NCBI RefSeq assembly: GCF_965213695.1
Contig: NZ_OZ243912.1
Location: forward strand, 2,297,482 to 2,361,481
Source of the DNA: Rubrivirga sp.
Lineage (GTDB): Bacteria > Bacteroidota > Rhodothermia > Rhodothermales > Rubricoccaceae
Direction: 5' to 3'
Length of the DNA: 64,000 bases
Numbering within the stretch: position 1 is the first letter of the stretch; the number at the start of each line of letters is the position of its first letter. The translations under genes and the position numbers were made by a program. Below, piece by piece: positions 43,729-53,161 of this stretch. The notes below the pieces were generated by a model. The model saw nothing but the letters and a program-made list of their open reading frames with translations, was not told the origin of the DNA and searched no databases.

Positions 43729-44723
43729 CAAGCGGGGGCCTCGGTCGAGGCGGTGGATTCGAGGTACCAGTCGGTAGTGGCGGCCACGCCGTCGCGCAGG
43801 CCGATGGAGGCCGTCCAGCCGAGCCCGCGCAGGCGGCTCACGTCCAAGAGCTTGCGGGGCGTCCCGTCGGGCTTGGTCGTGTCCCACTCGATCGCGCTCT
43901 CGGCGCCGACCACGTCGCGGATGAGCTCGGCCAGCTCGCGGATCGACAGGTCGTGGCCCACACCCACGTTGAGGAGGCCGTCGGGCGCGGCGGCGCGCAT
44001 CGCGTCTTGGTCGAGACGGAGGGCGAAGGCGACGGCGTCGGCCAGATCGTCGGCGTGCAAGAACTCGCGCCGGGGCGAGCCGGTGCCCCAGAGCGTGACC
44101 GGCGCGTCCGTCCCGCCGGGCCCGGCGCCTTTGGCCTCCAAGAACCGCCGGATGAGCGCCGGAAGGACGTGGCTCGATTGCAGGTCGAAGTTGTCGCCCG
44201 GGCCGTAGAGGTTCGTCGGCATCAGGCTGATGACGTCGTCGCCGTGCTGGCGGTGGAGGGCCTCGGCGATCTCGATGCCGGCGATCTTGGCGACGGCGTA
44301 GGGCCGGTTGGTCGGTTCGAGCGGGCCGGTCAGGAGGTGCTCCTCCTTCATCGGCTGGGGCGCCTCGCGCGGGTAGATGCACGACGAGCCCAGGTTGACG
44401 ACGCGGCCCCTCTCCCCGAGCCCGGCGTCGTGCGCCGCCATCAGCACCTGGTAGGCAATCGCCAGGTTGTCGCCGACGAAGTCGGCCGGGAAGTCGCGGT
44501 TGGCCAGGATCCCGCCGACCTTGGCCGCCGCGAGGACGACGTGCGTCGGCCGCTCGGCCTCGAAGAACTGGTGGACGGCGGCGCCGTCGCGCAGGTCGAG
44601 CTCGGCGCTCGTCCGCGTCACCATCTCGACGCCGTCGGCCTCCAGGCGACGGACGACGGCCGAGCCCACTAGGCCACGGTGCCCGGCGACGAACACGCGG
44701 GAGTCAGACGTAAGTGCGGGCAT
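43728..44723 (-). CDS. fcl: GDP-L-fucose synthase
   Basis: [41 protein letters not shown]. Confidence 0.95.
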   Translation of the reverse strand: MPALTSDSRVFVAGHRGLVGSAVVRRLEADGVEMVTRTSAELDLRDGAAVHQFFEAERPTHVVLAAAKVGGILANRDFPADFVGDNLAIAYQVLMAAHDAGLGERGRVVNLGSSCIYPREAPQPMKEEHLLTGPLEPTNRPYAVAKIAGIEIAEALHRQHGDDVISLMPTNLYGPGDNFDLQSSHVLPALIRRFLEAKGAGPGGTDAPVTLWGTGSPRREFLHADDLADAVAFALRLDQDAMRAAAPDGLLNVGVGHDLSIRELAELIRDVVGAESAIEWDTTKPDGTPRKLLDVSRLRGLGWTASIGLRDGVAATTDWYLESTASTEAPA

Positions 44724-44881
44724 ACTCGGGGGAACGGGGGGCCCTCCAAGCTACGCCGGGGCCCTTTCGGCGGAGAGCGTATCGGCCCGTCGCCGGTGAA
44801 GCTTGAGCGGACCTCGGCCGGCCGGCGGCCCGCGCCCCCCGTCCGGGCGCCCATCGCTCCGCTCAGGGGCGCTCGGACGGC

Positions 44882-45105
44882 CCCCCTTGAAGGGCAGGGC
44901 TGCTACGTTCTGCGAAACGAGTCAGACTCCTAAACGGAACGGCCGTCATTCCCGCGCACGCGGGGATCCATAGGGGGCCGCTCGCTGAGGCGCCGCTGCG
45001 GATGGGTCCCCGCGTGCGCGGGACCGCGAAGCGACGGCGCCAGCCAATGACGCCTGTTGTTTGTATGGTCGGCAAAGAACGTAGCAGCCCTGCCCTTCAA
45101 GGGGG
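44882..45105. repeat. MITE/REPIN-like element with perfect 30-bp terminal inverted repeats
   Basis: 44882-44911 is the exact reverse complement of 45076-45105; central GTCATTCCCGCG REP. Confidence 0.85.
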
Positions 45106-45118
45106 CCAGCATTCCGAG

Positions 45119-45162
45119 CCTGGGAGCCCTTCGGCTCCGCTCAGGACAGGCTCCGCGACCGG
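45119..45162. repeat. 44-bp REP, exact inverted copy of 7136-7179
   Basis: CCGGTCGCGGAGCCTGTCCTGAGCGGAGCCGAAGGGCTCCCAGG at 7136 (+) and here (-). Confidence 0.9.
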
Positions 45163-46553
45163 CCGGAAGGCAGGGGGCCCGCTGGTACTGACGCTTCTGC
45201 TCCCGCACCACCGAGGAGCCACCGCGCGAGCCCGGCCAGCACGACCGCGCCGACCGTGATCGCCGCGAACCCGTTCCGGTACCCTCCCACGGCCGTGGCC
45301 GACGACGTCGCCAGCGCCGCCAGCGTGGCCGCCCCCACCAGCTGGCCGACGCTCAGGAAGATCGTCGAGAGCCCCTGGGCGACGGCCCGCTCGTCGGGCC
45401 CGGCCTCGGACAGCAGGATGTAGGCCAGCGACGAGCCCAGGATCCCCGACAGCCCCAGCCCGAGCACGACGGTCCCCACCAGGTGGACGGCCAGCGACGG
45501 GGCGGCGGCGACCGTCCCCATCCCCACGGCCACCAGCGCCATCGCGACGGTCACCACGGGCCGCGCGCCGACGCGGTCGAGCATCCGCCCGGCGACCGGC
45601 GCCCCGACCGTCACCCCGGCCACCAGCAGCAGCAACAGGTACGACGCCGTCGACCGGTCCACGCCGAACGCGGCCACCGCGTACGACGACAGCAGCACGA
45701 ACGTCGCCTCGACCACGCCCGCGCCGACGGCTAGCGCGCACGCCGCCTGGACCGGCCGGCGGGCCACGAGCCCCGGCCGCAGGATCGGCGCGGGGGCCTG
45801 GCGCTCGACCCGGACCAGCACGCCGAGCAGCACCGCCGCCAGCACGAGCGGCCCCCACACCACGGGCTGGGCGAGCGCGTCGAGCGGCGCCGAGGCGTCG
45901 AGCCCGCTCAGCCCGACGACGAGCGCCGCCAGCAGGATCGTCAGCGTCGCCACGCCGGCGGCGTCGAACGGGCGGGGCACGGCGGCGCGCGACTCGGGCA
46001 GCGTCCGGGCGCTCAGGACGAAGACGAGGGCGGCCAACGGCAGCGACAGCGCGAACAGCCACCGCCAGCTCGCGACCGCCAGCAGGACCCCGCCAATCGC
46101 GGGACCGATCAGGAACGCGACCCCGAACACGGCGCCCAACAGCCCGACGGCCCGGCCCCGCCGCTCGGGCGGGTAGGCGTCGCCCACCACGGCCGTCGCG
46201 ACGGGGAAGATGCCGGACGCGCCCAGACCCTGCACCACGCGCCCGGCCAGCAGGACGCCGAACGACGGCGCCAGCGCGACGACCGTGGTACCCGCCGCGA
46301 ACACGGCGACGTCGACCAGGTAGACCCGTCGGCGGCCCACGCGGTCGGCCAGGGCGGCCATCACGGGGAGCCCGGCGAGGTTAGCGAGCACGAACGCGGT
46401 GAAGGTCCACGCGACGGCCCGCTCGGTCAGCCCGAACGCCTCGCGCAGCGCCGGCAGCGCCGGGCCGACGATGGCGATGTCGAGGGCCGCCAGCAGCGTC
46501 CCCAAGAAGAGGACGCCGAGCAGGCGCGGCGGAGCGGCGGAGTCGGTGGTCAT
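45141..46553 (-). CDS. MFS transporter (DHA2-like, 14 TM)
   Basis: LDIAIVGPALP, ADRVGRRRVY, GRVVQGLG, GPAIGG. Confidence 0.9.
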   Translation of the reverse strand: MTTDSAAPPRLLGVLFLGTLLAALDIAIVGPALPALREAFGLTERAVAWTFTAFVLANLAGLPVMAALADRVGRRRVYLVDVAVFAAGTTVVALAPSFGVLLAGRVVQGLGASGIFPVATAVVGDAYPPERRGRAVGLLGAVFGVAFLIGPAIGGVLLAVASWRWLFALSLPLAALVFVLSARTLPESRAAVPRPFDAAGVATLTILLAALVVGLSGLDASAPLDALAQPVVWGPLVLAAVLLGVLVRVERQAPAPILRPGLVARRPVQAACALAVGAGVVEATFVLLSSYAVAAFGVDRSTASYLLLLLVAGVTVGAPVAGRMLDRVGARPVVTVAMALVAVGMGTVAAAPSLAVHLVGTVVLGLGLSGILGSSLAYILLSEAGPDERAVAQGLSTIFLSVGQLVGAATLAALATSSATAVGGYRNGFAAITVGAVVLAGLARWLLGGAGAEASVPAGPLPSGRSRSLS

Positions 46554-46870
46554 GGTCCGAGGATCGGGGCCGGGACGCGCGGCGACCGCGAAGCGCGCTG
46601 GGAATCGGCTCCGATGTCGGGGGACCTCGTGCCGTCGACGGCCCCCACTGGCGACCACCTCGTACAGGCGCCGTGCATCGTGTCGCCGAGAGAACGAGAA
46701 GATCTCCGACCCCCGCTACTTGTCATCCTGAGCCTCCGAAGGACCTCGACGCGACGTCCCGAGCTGCCAGGACCGGCGACGACAGACCTGAGAGTTCGGG
46801 TCGAGACCCTTCACGTCCGTTCAGGATGACATGGATGAAAGCGGGCAGCGTGGAGCGACTCCCAGCTCCC

Positions 46871-48157
46871 CTACAGCGCCGCGAACGCCGACTGGAAGGC
46901 CTCGGCCGCTTGGGCCACGACGGCCGGCGTGTGGGCGCTCGACGTGAAGCACGCCTCGAACGGCGACGGCGGGAGGTAGACGCCGCGGTCGAGCAGAAGC
47001 CGGTGGAGCCGGGCGAACGCGGCCTTGTCACTCGTCGCCGCGCTGGCGTAGTCGGTGACGGGGCGGTCGTTCAGGAAGACCCCGAACATGGCCCCGACGG
47101 CGTCGGTCTGGACCGGCACGCCGGCCGCGTCGGCGGCCGACTGGATGGCGGCGGCCGTGTCGCGCGCGGCGTCGGCGGCGAGGCGCCAGGCGCCCGTCGC
47201 CTCGGCCTCTCGGAACAGGGCGAGCCCGGCGGCCATCGCGAGCGGGTTGCCGGAGAGCGTGCCGGCCTGGTACACCGGGCCCGACGGCGCCATCATCTCC
47301 AGGATGTCGGCCCGGCCGCCGTAGGCCCCGACCGGGAGCCCGCCGCCGATGACCTTGCCCAGGATCGTGACGTCGGGCGTGACGCCGAACAGGGCCTGGG
47401 CGCCGCCGGGGTGCACGCGGAAGCCGACCATCACCTCGTCGAAGACGAGCAGCGCGCCGTGCTCGCGCGTGATCTCGCGCAAGAGCTCGAGGAAGCCGTC
47501 GGCGGGACGGACGAGCCCCATGTTGCCGGCGATGGGCTCGACGAGCACCGCCGCGATGCGCTCGCCCTCCGCCCGGAACACCTCGCGGAGCGCAGCTTCG
47601 TTGTTGAACCCCACGACGAGCGTGTCGGCGGTGACGGCGGCCGGGACGCCGGGCGAGTCGGGCAGGCCGAGCGTGGCGACGCCGCTGCCGGCCTTGGCCA
47701 GCAGCAGGTCGGCGTGGCCGTGGTAGTGGCCCTCGAACTTGACCACCTTGTCGCGGCCGGTGAACGCGCGCGCGGCGCGGACGGCACTCATGGCCCCCTC
47801 GGTCCCCGAGTTGACGAACCGCAACCGCTCCATCGACGGGTAGATCGACCGGATCGTCTCCGCCAGCTCGACCTCGAGCGGGCTCGGCGCGCCGAAGCTC
47901 GACCCGCGCGCGGCCTGCTCGGCCACGGCGCGGACGACGGCCTCGGGCGCGTGGCCCAGCAGCAGCGGCCCGAACGACATCACGTAGTCGACGTAGCGGT
48001 TGCCGTCGACGTCGACGAGATAGGCCCCTTCCCCCCTCTCGATAAACCGGGGCACGCCCCCGACCGACTTGAAGGCGCGGACGGGCGACGAGACGCCGCC
48101 GGGCATCAGGGCCTGGGCCTCGGCGAAAAGCTGTTCGGAGCGAGTGGTGAGCGTCAT
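46871..48157 (-). CDS. hemL: Glutamate-1-semialdehyde 2,1-aminomutase
   Basis: GGVSSPVRAF, NSGTE, FDEVM, PLP Lys in GKVIGGG, AGTLSGNP. Confidence 0.97.
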   Translation of the reverse strand: MTLTTRSEQLFAEAQALMPGGVSSPVRAFKSVGGVPRFIERGEGAYLVDVDGNRYVDYVMSFGPLLLGHAPEAVVRAVAEQAARGSSFGAPSPLEVELAETIRSIYPSMERLRFVNSGTEGAMSAVRAARAFTGRDKVVKFEGHYHGHADLLLAKAGSGVATLGLPDSPGVPAAVTADTLVVGFNNEAALREVFRAEGERIAAVLVEPIAGNMGLVRPADGFLELLREITREHGALLVFDEVMVGFRVHPGGAQALFGVTPDVTILGKVIGGGLPVGAYGGRADILEMMAPSGPVYQAGTLSGNPLAMAAGLALFREAEATGAWRLAADAARDTAAAIQSAADAAGVPVQTDAVGAMFGVFLNDRPVTDYASAATSDKAAFARLHRLLLDRGVYLPPSPFEACFTSSAHTPAVVAQAAEAFQSAFAAL

Positions 48158-49536
48158 CGGTCGAGAGAAGCGAGGAGAGCGTCGGCGGCGGCCTGGGCGT
48201 CCGCGACCACGTCGGGCAGGCCGACGCCGCGGAGCGAGGCGCCGGCGAGCGCGAGGCGGGGGTGTCGTTCGAGCGCGGCGTCGAGCGCCGCGAGCCGCTC
48301 CGGGTGGCCGAGTGTGTAGCGCGGCTGGACGTCGCGCCAGCGCTGAACGGCGGTCCAGGCGGGCTGGAGTGTGTGCATCCCGGGCCGCGGGTGCGTGAGC
48401 AAAGGGCCGGGGACGTGGACTCGGAGGTGGCCGAGGGCGACCTCAATCGCGGCCTGGTCGTCGCCGTCGAACGACGGGCGGAGGAAGACGCGGGCGAGGT
48501 CGTGGCCGGGCGGCGCGGTCCCGGCGTGCTTTTGGGAGAGCATCGTGACGGCCTGGACCGACCCGCCCTCCGCGCGCGGCACGAGCCAGCCGGAGGCGTC
48601 GGGTACGCGCAGCTTGTCGGACGGGAAGCCGACGACGACGGCCGTGACGCTGCCCATCGGGATCTGCTCGAGTGGGGCCGCGAGCGCGGCGTCGAGGTCC
48701 GCCAGCACGGCCGCGGCGGCGGGCGCGGGGAGCGCCACGAGCACGGCGTCGGCGCGGCGCTCGGCCCCGTCCGCCAGCCGCGCGCCCCGGGCGGTGACGG
48801 CGGCCACGGGCGCCCCGGTCTCGACGACCACGCCCCGCTCGCGGACGGCGTGCGCCAGCGCCTCGACGAGCGCGTCCATCCCGCCGACGGGACGGGCGAA
48901 CGGGGAGCCGCCGGACGGCGCCGGGGCGCCGAGCTTGACCAGGCCGCCGGCCCGCTCGGCCGCGTGGAGGTGCGGGAGCGTGGCCCGGAGCGAGATCGCG
49001 TGGTCGGCGCCGTAGAGGCCGCCGAGGAGCGGCTCGACCAGCCCGTCCCACGCGCCCCGCCCGAAGCGGCGGACGGCGAACGCCTCTAGGCTCTCGTCGG
49101 CGTCGTCGCGGCGGGCCGGCACGAGGGGCTCGGCGGCGGCGCGGAGCCGGGCCGCGAGCGGCAGCGCGGGCGTCGCCAGCAGCGGCCCGAGCCGTCCGGG
49201 GACGAGCCCCGACAGCCCGGCCGGGAGCGGGTACAGCCCCCCCCTCCTCTGGATCAGCGCCCCGCCCGTCGGCGTCGCGGTCTCGACGCCCAGCCGCTCC
49301 GCCAGCTCCGCCGCCGCCGGCTTGCGGGTCAAGAACACGTCGGGCCCGACGTCGGCCACGAACCCGCCGTGCCGCAGCGTCTTTACCACGCCGCCCAACC
49401 GGCCCGACGCCTCGACGAGCCGGACACGCGCGCCGCCGTCGGCCAGCCGGAGCGCCGCCGCCAGCCCGGCCACGCCGCCGCCGAGGACGAGGACGTCGCT
49501 CGATCGGGGCAGGCTGTCGGTAGGCTCGGCGGTCAT
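48154..49536 (-). CDS. hemY: HemY-type copro/protoporphyrinogen oxidase
   Basis: GGGVAGLAAA, RLGG, GPDVF, PRYTLGH, GVGLPD. Confidence 0.88.
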   Translation of the reverse strand: MTAEPTDSLPRSSDVLVLGGGVAGLAAALRLADGGARVRLVEASGRLGGVVKTLRHGGFVADVGPDVFLTRKPAAAELAERLGVETATPTGGALIQRRGGLYPLPAGLSGLVPGRLGPLLATPALPLAARLRAAAEPLVPARRDDADESLEAFAVRRFGRGAWDGLVEPLLGGLYGADHAISLRATLPHLHAAERAGGLVKLGAPAPSGGSPFARPVGGMDALVEALAHAVRERGVVVETGAPVAAVTARGARLADGAERRADAVLVALPAPAAAAVLADLDAALAAPLEQIPMGSVTAVVVGFPSDKLRVPDASGWLVPRAEGGSVQAVTMLSQKHAGTAPPGHDLARVFLRPSFDGDDQAAIEVALGHLRVHVPGPLLTHPRPGMHTLQPAWTAVQRWRDVQPRYTLGHPERLAALDAALERHPRLALAGASLRGVGLPDVVADAQAAADALLASLDR

Positions 49537-49630
49537 CGGTTCGCGCGGTGGTTCTGCTCGCGCCCCCCGTCCGCGTGCCCATCACGGAGCCTGTGCTGAG
49601 CCCAGCCGACGTGCTCAACGGGCGCCCGGA

Positions 49631-49841
49631 CTGTCCCCCTAGCCGAGGGCAGGGCCGCTCCCTTCTGCGACGTCACTCGCCGGTTACCTCCTCCCAGTCG
49701 TCGTCCCCGCGAACGCGGGGACCCATAGGGGGCCGCTCGCTGAGACGGAGGGCCGTATGGATTCCCGCGTGCGCGGGAATGACGGCTGTTGTTGAGGGGT
49801 TCAGACGAGAACTGAACAGCCCTGCTAGCCGAGGGGGACAG
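49631..49841. repeat. Composite palindromic element, same family as 44882-45105
   Basis: CTGTCCCCCT...GCAGGG and CCCTGC...AGGGGGACAG arms around a GTCATTCCCGCG-type doublet. Confidence 0.75.
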
Positions 49842-49897
49842 CCTCTGCGACCCGGGAGCGGAGCGACCCGAGCGGAGGCGGGGGGTCTGGCCGAGCA

Positions 49898-50941
49898 TCA
49901 CGCCGAGACGCGGGCGTCGAGCGTGCCCTCGGGCATCGGCATCGACGGGGCGCCGGCGCTCGCGGCGCGGACGTCGGAGACGACCCAGCCGGCGTCGGCG
50001 GCCTGGCCCTCGACCAGCTCCGCCAGCAGCCGCACGAACCGGGGGTCGTCGTTGAGCGACGGCGGGCGGACGAGCGTCACGCCGTGCTCGCGCGCCGCCC
50101 GCTGCGCCTCGACGTCGATGTCGAACAGGATCTCGACGTGGTCGCTCACGAACCCGATGGCCAGGCTCACGACCTTGTCGACGCCGCGCGCGGCGAGCGC
50201 CGGGATGTGGTCTTCGAGCTGGGGCTGGAGCCACGGCTCCGGGCTCCGGCCCTCGCTTTGGTAGCTCCAGCTCCACTGGTCCTCCCGGAGCCCCGCGCGC
50301 TCGGCGATGAGCCGGGCCGTCGTCCACAACTGGTCCTGGTACGGGTCGCCCTGCGCGAGCACGCGGACCGGGAGGCTGTGCGCGCTCAGGACCACGTGGA
50401 CGTCGTCGCGCTCGGCCTCGGGGAACTCCTCGATCCCGTGGCGCACGCGGTCGGCGAACGCCTCGATCAGCAAGTCCGCGTCGTAGTAGGCGTCGACGTA
50501 GCGGACCTCCATGTCGCCGCGGTACAGGTCGAGGCCGGCCCGGACCTTGGCCTGGTACTTCGCGATCGACATCGACGAGAAGTGCGGCGCCAGCACGATG
50601 GCGACCGCCCGCTCGATCCCGTCGTCCAACATCTGGCCGACGGTCTCTTCGATCCAGGGCGCCCAGTGGCGCATCCCGAGGTACGTCCGGAACCGCGCGG
50701 GCTCGCCGGGCGGGTCGAGGTGGGCCATCGCCCCGTCGACCTGGGCCTGCGTCAGCCCCAGGATGGGCGAGGCGCCGCCGATCGAGCGGTAGTTGTGGGT
50801 GATCTCGTCGAGCACGGCGCGCGTCGTCGGGCGGCCGTGGCGGATGTCGGAGAGGTAGCCCGGGATCTCGCCGAGCGACGCCGGGCCGCCGTAGGCCATG
50901 AAGAGGACGCCGATGGGGGGAGCTGTCTGGTCGGGAGTCAT
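49898..50941 (-). CDS. hemH: Ferrochelatase
   Basis: MAYGGP, GGASP, SAHSLP, WLQP, GFVSDHVEILFDID. Confidence 0.95.
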   Translation of the reverse strand: MTPDQTAPPIGVLFMAYGGPASLGEIPGYLSDIRHGRPTTRAVLDEITHNYRSIGGASPILGLTQAQVDGAMAHLDPPGEPARFRTYLGMRHWAPWIEETVGQMLDDGIERAVAIVLAPHFSSMSIAKYQAKVRAGLDLYRGDMEVRYVDAYYDADLLIEAFADRVRHGIEEFPEAERDDVHVVLSAHSLPVRVLAQGDPYQDQLWTTARLIAERAGLREDQWSWSYQSEGRSPEPWLQPQLEDHIPALAARGVDKVVSLAIGFVSDHVEILFDIDVEAQRAAREHGVTLVRPPSLNDDPRFVRLLAELVEGQAADAGWVVSDVRAASAGAPSMPMPEGTLDARVSA

Positions 50942-50989
50942 CGGTCTAGGGGGTCGGAAGTGGTATGCGGACTCGCAGCGGTTGGGCAG

Positions 50990-51070
50990 CGTGATACGTG
51001 ACAAGTGATGCGTGAGGGTGCTCGCGAAGAATCACGCATCGCGTATCACGCACTACGTATCACGCATCAT
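50990..51070. repeat. Inverted heptamer array (GTGATRC / ATCACGC)
   Basis: 7-nt periodicity; similar array at 52093-52152. Confidence 0.75.
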
Positions 51071-52086
51071 GCACTCGTCTTCTCGCGGACGTAGTCGGTG
51101 AGCCGCGCCACGGCGTCGGGCGGCGTGGCCGGGACGAGCCCGTGGCCGGTGTTGAACACGTAGCCCGTGGCCGGCGCCTCCGCGAGCACGCGGTCGGTCT
51201 GGGCCCGGAGCTCGCGCCAGGGCGCCTGCAAGAGGTACGGGTCGAGGTTGCCCTGGAGCGGCCGGCCGCCCGTCCGCTCCCTCGCCTCGACGAGCGACGG
51301 GCCCGCGTCGACCCCGATGGCGTCGCCGCCGGCCGCGGCCACGGCGTCGAGGTGGCCGGCCGTGCCCGTCGTGAAGTGGACGACCGGCCGGCCGGTCTTC
51401 TGGGCGATGGCGATGAGCTTCGAGGTGTACGGCGCCGCGTACCGCTCGTAGTCGGACCGCGAGAGCGCGCCGGCCCACGAGTCGAACACCTGGAGCGCGT
51501 CGGCGCCGGCCGTGGCCTGCTCGGTCAAAAAGCTGCCGGCGACGGTCACCAGCTTGTCCATCAGCCGGGCCCACGCGGCGGGCTCGGAGTACATGAACAC
51601 GCGCGTCCGCTCGTACTTCTTCGACCCGCCGCCCTCGATGGCGTAGGCCGCGAGCGTGAACGGGGCGCCGGCGAACCCGAGGACCGGCGTCGCGTCGCCC
51701 AGCTCTCGCTTGACGAGCCGGATCGCCTCCGGCGTCCACGGCATCGTCTCGCCGGCCGGGGGCGTCGCCAGCAGGTCCACGTCTTTGGTGGAGCGGATCG
51801 GGTTCTCGATCACCGGCCCGACGCCGGGCTCGAAGTGGAGCCCCAGCCCCATCGTCTGCAACGGCGGCAACAGGTCCGAGTAAATCACGGCGGCGTCGAG
51901 GCCGAACCGGCGGATCGGCTGGAGCGTGATCTCGGCCGCGATCTCGGGCGTCTTGACCATCGTCAGGAAGTCGTGGTCCTTGCGGACGGCGCGGTACTCG
52001 GGGAGGTAGCGCCCGGCCTGGCGCATGAACCACACGGGCGTGGCGTCGACGGGCTTGCCCGCGAGGGCGTCGAGGAATCGGGACAT
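51067..52086 (-). CDS. hemE: Uroporphyrinogen decarboxylase
   Basis: PVWFMRQAGRYLPEY, GFAGAPFT, QVFDSW, QGNLDP, FNTGHG. Confidence 0.97.
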   Translation of the reverse strand: MSRFLDALAGKPVDATPVWFMRQAGRYLPEYRAVRKDHDFLTMVKTPEIAAEITLQPIRRFGLDAAVIYSDLLPPLQTMGLGLHFEPGVGPVIENPIRSTKDVDLLATPPAGETMPWTPEAIRLVKRELGDATPVLGFAGAPFTLAAYAIEGGGSKKYERTRVFMYSEPAAWARLMDKLVTVAGSFLTEQATAGADALQVFDSWAGALSRSDYERYAAPYTSKLIAIAQKTGRPVVHFTTGTAGHLDAVAAAGGDAIGVDAGPSLVEARERTGGRPLQGNLDPYLLQAPWRELRAQTDRVLAEAPATGYVFNTGHGLVPATPPDAVARLTDYVREKTSA

Positions 52087-52187
52087 GGGGGTCGATGCGT
52101 GATTCGTGATCCGTGACTCTCGACAAGGCGCCCTCGCGCATCACGAATCACGGATCTACTCCGCGTGTTGGAAGCGCGAGGGATGTT

Positions 52188-52991
52188 CTAGTGACCCGTC
52201 CCCTCATGGGCCAGCGCCCAGGCGTACGGCCCGGCGCTCTGCCACACGGCGCGGCCGACGAAGAAGGGGCCGAGGCGGTCGATGAACTCGGCCGTCTGGC
52301 GCGTCGCCCGCATCCGCTGGACGACGGCCGAGAGCGGGTGGAGCTCGCGCCCGACCAAGCCGGCGACGAAGTCGTTGTCGTTCGGGTCGAGCCCGTGGCA
52401 CGCCAGCCGGACGTCGCGCGCCAGCCCGGCCCGGCCGAACGACCGGCCGATCCCGCCGTGCTCCATCAGCATCCGCCGCTGCTCCTCGCGCGGCTCGCGC
52501 TCGAACCGGCCGCTCCGCCGGAGCGGGTACCACACGGCCCACGGCCACGCCGGGTCGGTCATCGTCTGGACCGGCCGTGCCACGAGCGCGCCCAACAGGT
52601 CCTGTTCGTAGCCGATGGTGTACGTCCGCCCCAGCATCGTCAGCGCCGGGAGCGGCGTGAGCCCGGCGAAGGCCGGCGACATGTGGAGCGCGCGGCCGTC
52701 CTCGACGAAGAACGCGGGGTCCTCGTGGAACGTGACGACGGCCGCGCCGCGCGGGTCCTGGGCGCTCTGGTACACGACGCCGGCCACGCCCGCGGCCTGG
52801 GCGGCGTCGGCCAGCGGCGCCGGGTCGGAGCAGTCGGTGTAGGCCAGGAGCTGGACGAACAGGCGCCGGTCGAGCGACTGCGGCGCCCCGTCGGCGGTCT
52901 TGCCGCGCTCGGCGAGGTCGAGGCCGCCGCTGGCGTTGTCGTCCAAAGCGGACGGGGCCGGGCGGTCGGCGGGCTGGATGTCGAGGGCCAT
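52188..52991 (-). CDS. hemQ: Chlorite dismutase family protein, probable coproheme decarboxylase (ChdC)
   Basis: WYPLRR, MEHGGIG, RLACHGLD.NDNDFV; lies between hemB and hemE. Confidence 0.72.
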   Translation of the reverse strand: MALDIQPADRPAPSALDDNASGGLDLAERGKTADGAPQSLDRRLFVQLLAYTDCSDPAPLADAAQAAGVAGVVYQSAQDPRGAAVVTFHEDPAFFVEDGRALHMSPAFAGLTPLPALTMLGRTYTIGYEQDLLGALVARPVQTMTDPAWPWAVWYPLRRSGRFEREPREEQRRMLMEHGGIGRSFGRAGLARDVRLACHGLDPNDNDFVAGLVGRELHPLSAVVQRMRATRQTAEFIDRLGPFFVGRAVWQSAGPYAWALAHEGTGH

Positions 52992-53161
52992 TTTCAGATT
53001 GGATTGAAAGCTGCGTACGCGGCGCTGGCGCGCGGGATCACGGGGCAGATGAACTGGCGGCGAGCTTCACCGAGAGTGTGCGGAGCGCAGGCGTGCGGGG
53101 GGCACTCGGTATGGGAAAACCGATTGACCGTACCTCGTACCCGGTACCGCGTACCCCGAAC

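Noticed and set aside
49548-50264. ORFs spanning repeat clusters (also 20759-21319, 22346-23437, 27242-28540, 28342-28587, 44863-45259)
   Set aside because: Translations of REP and palindromic DNA, often overlapping real genes.
52188-52991. Chlorite respiration
   Set aside because: No perchlorate/chlorate reductase genes and no signal peptide; the hem context favours ChdC.
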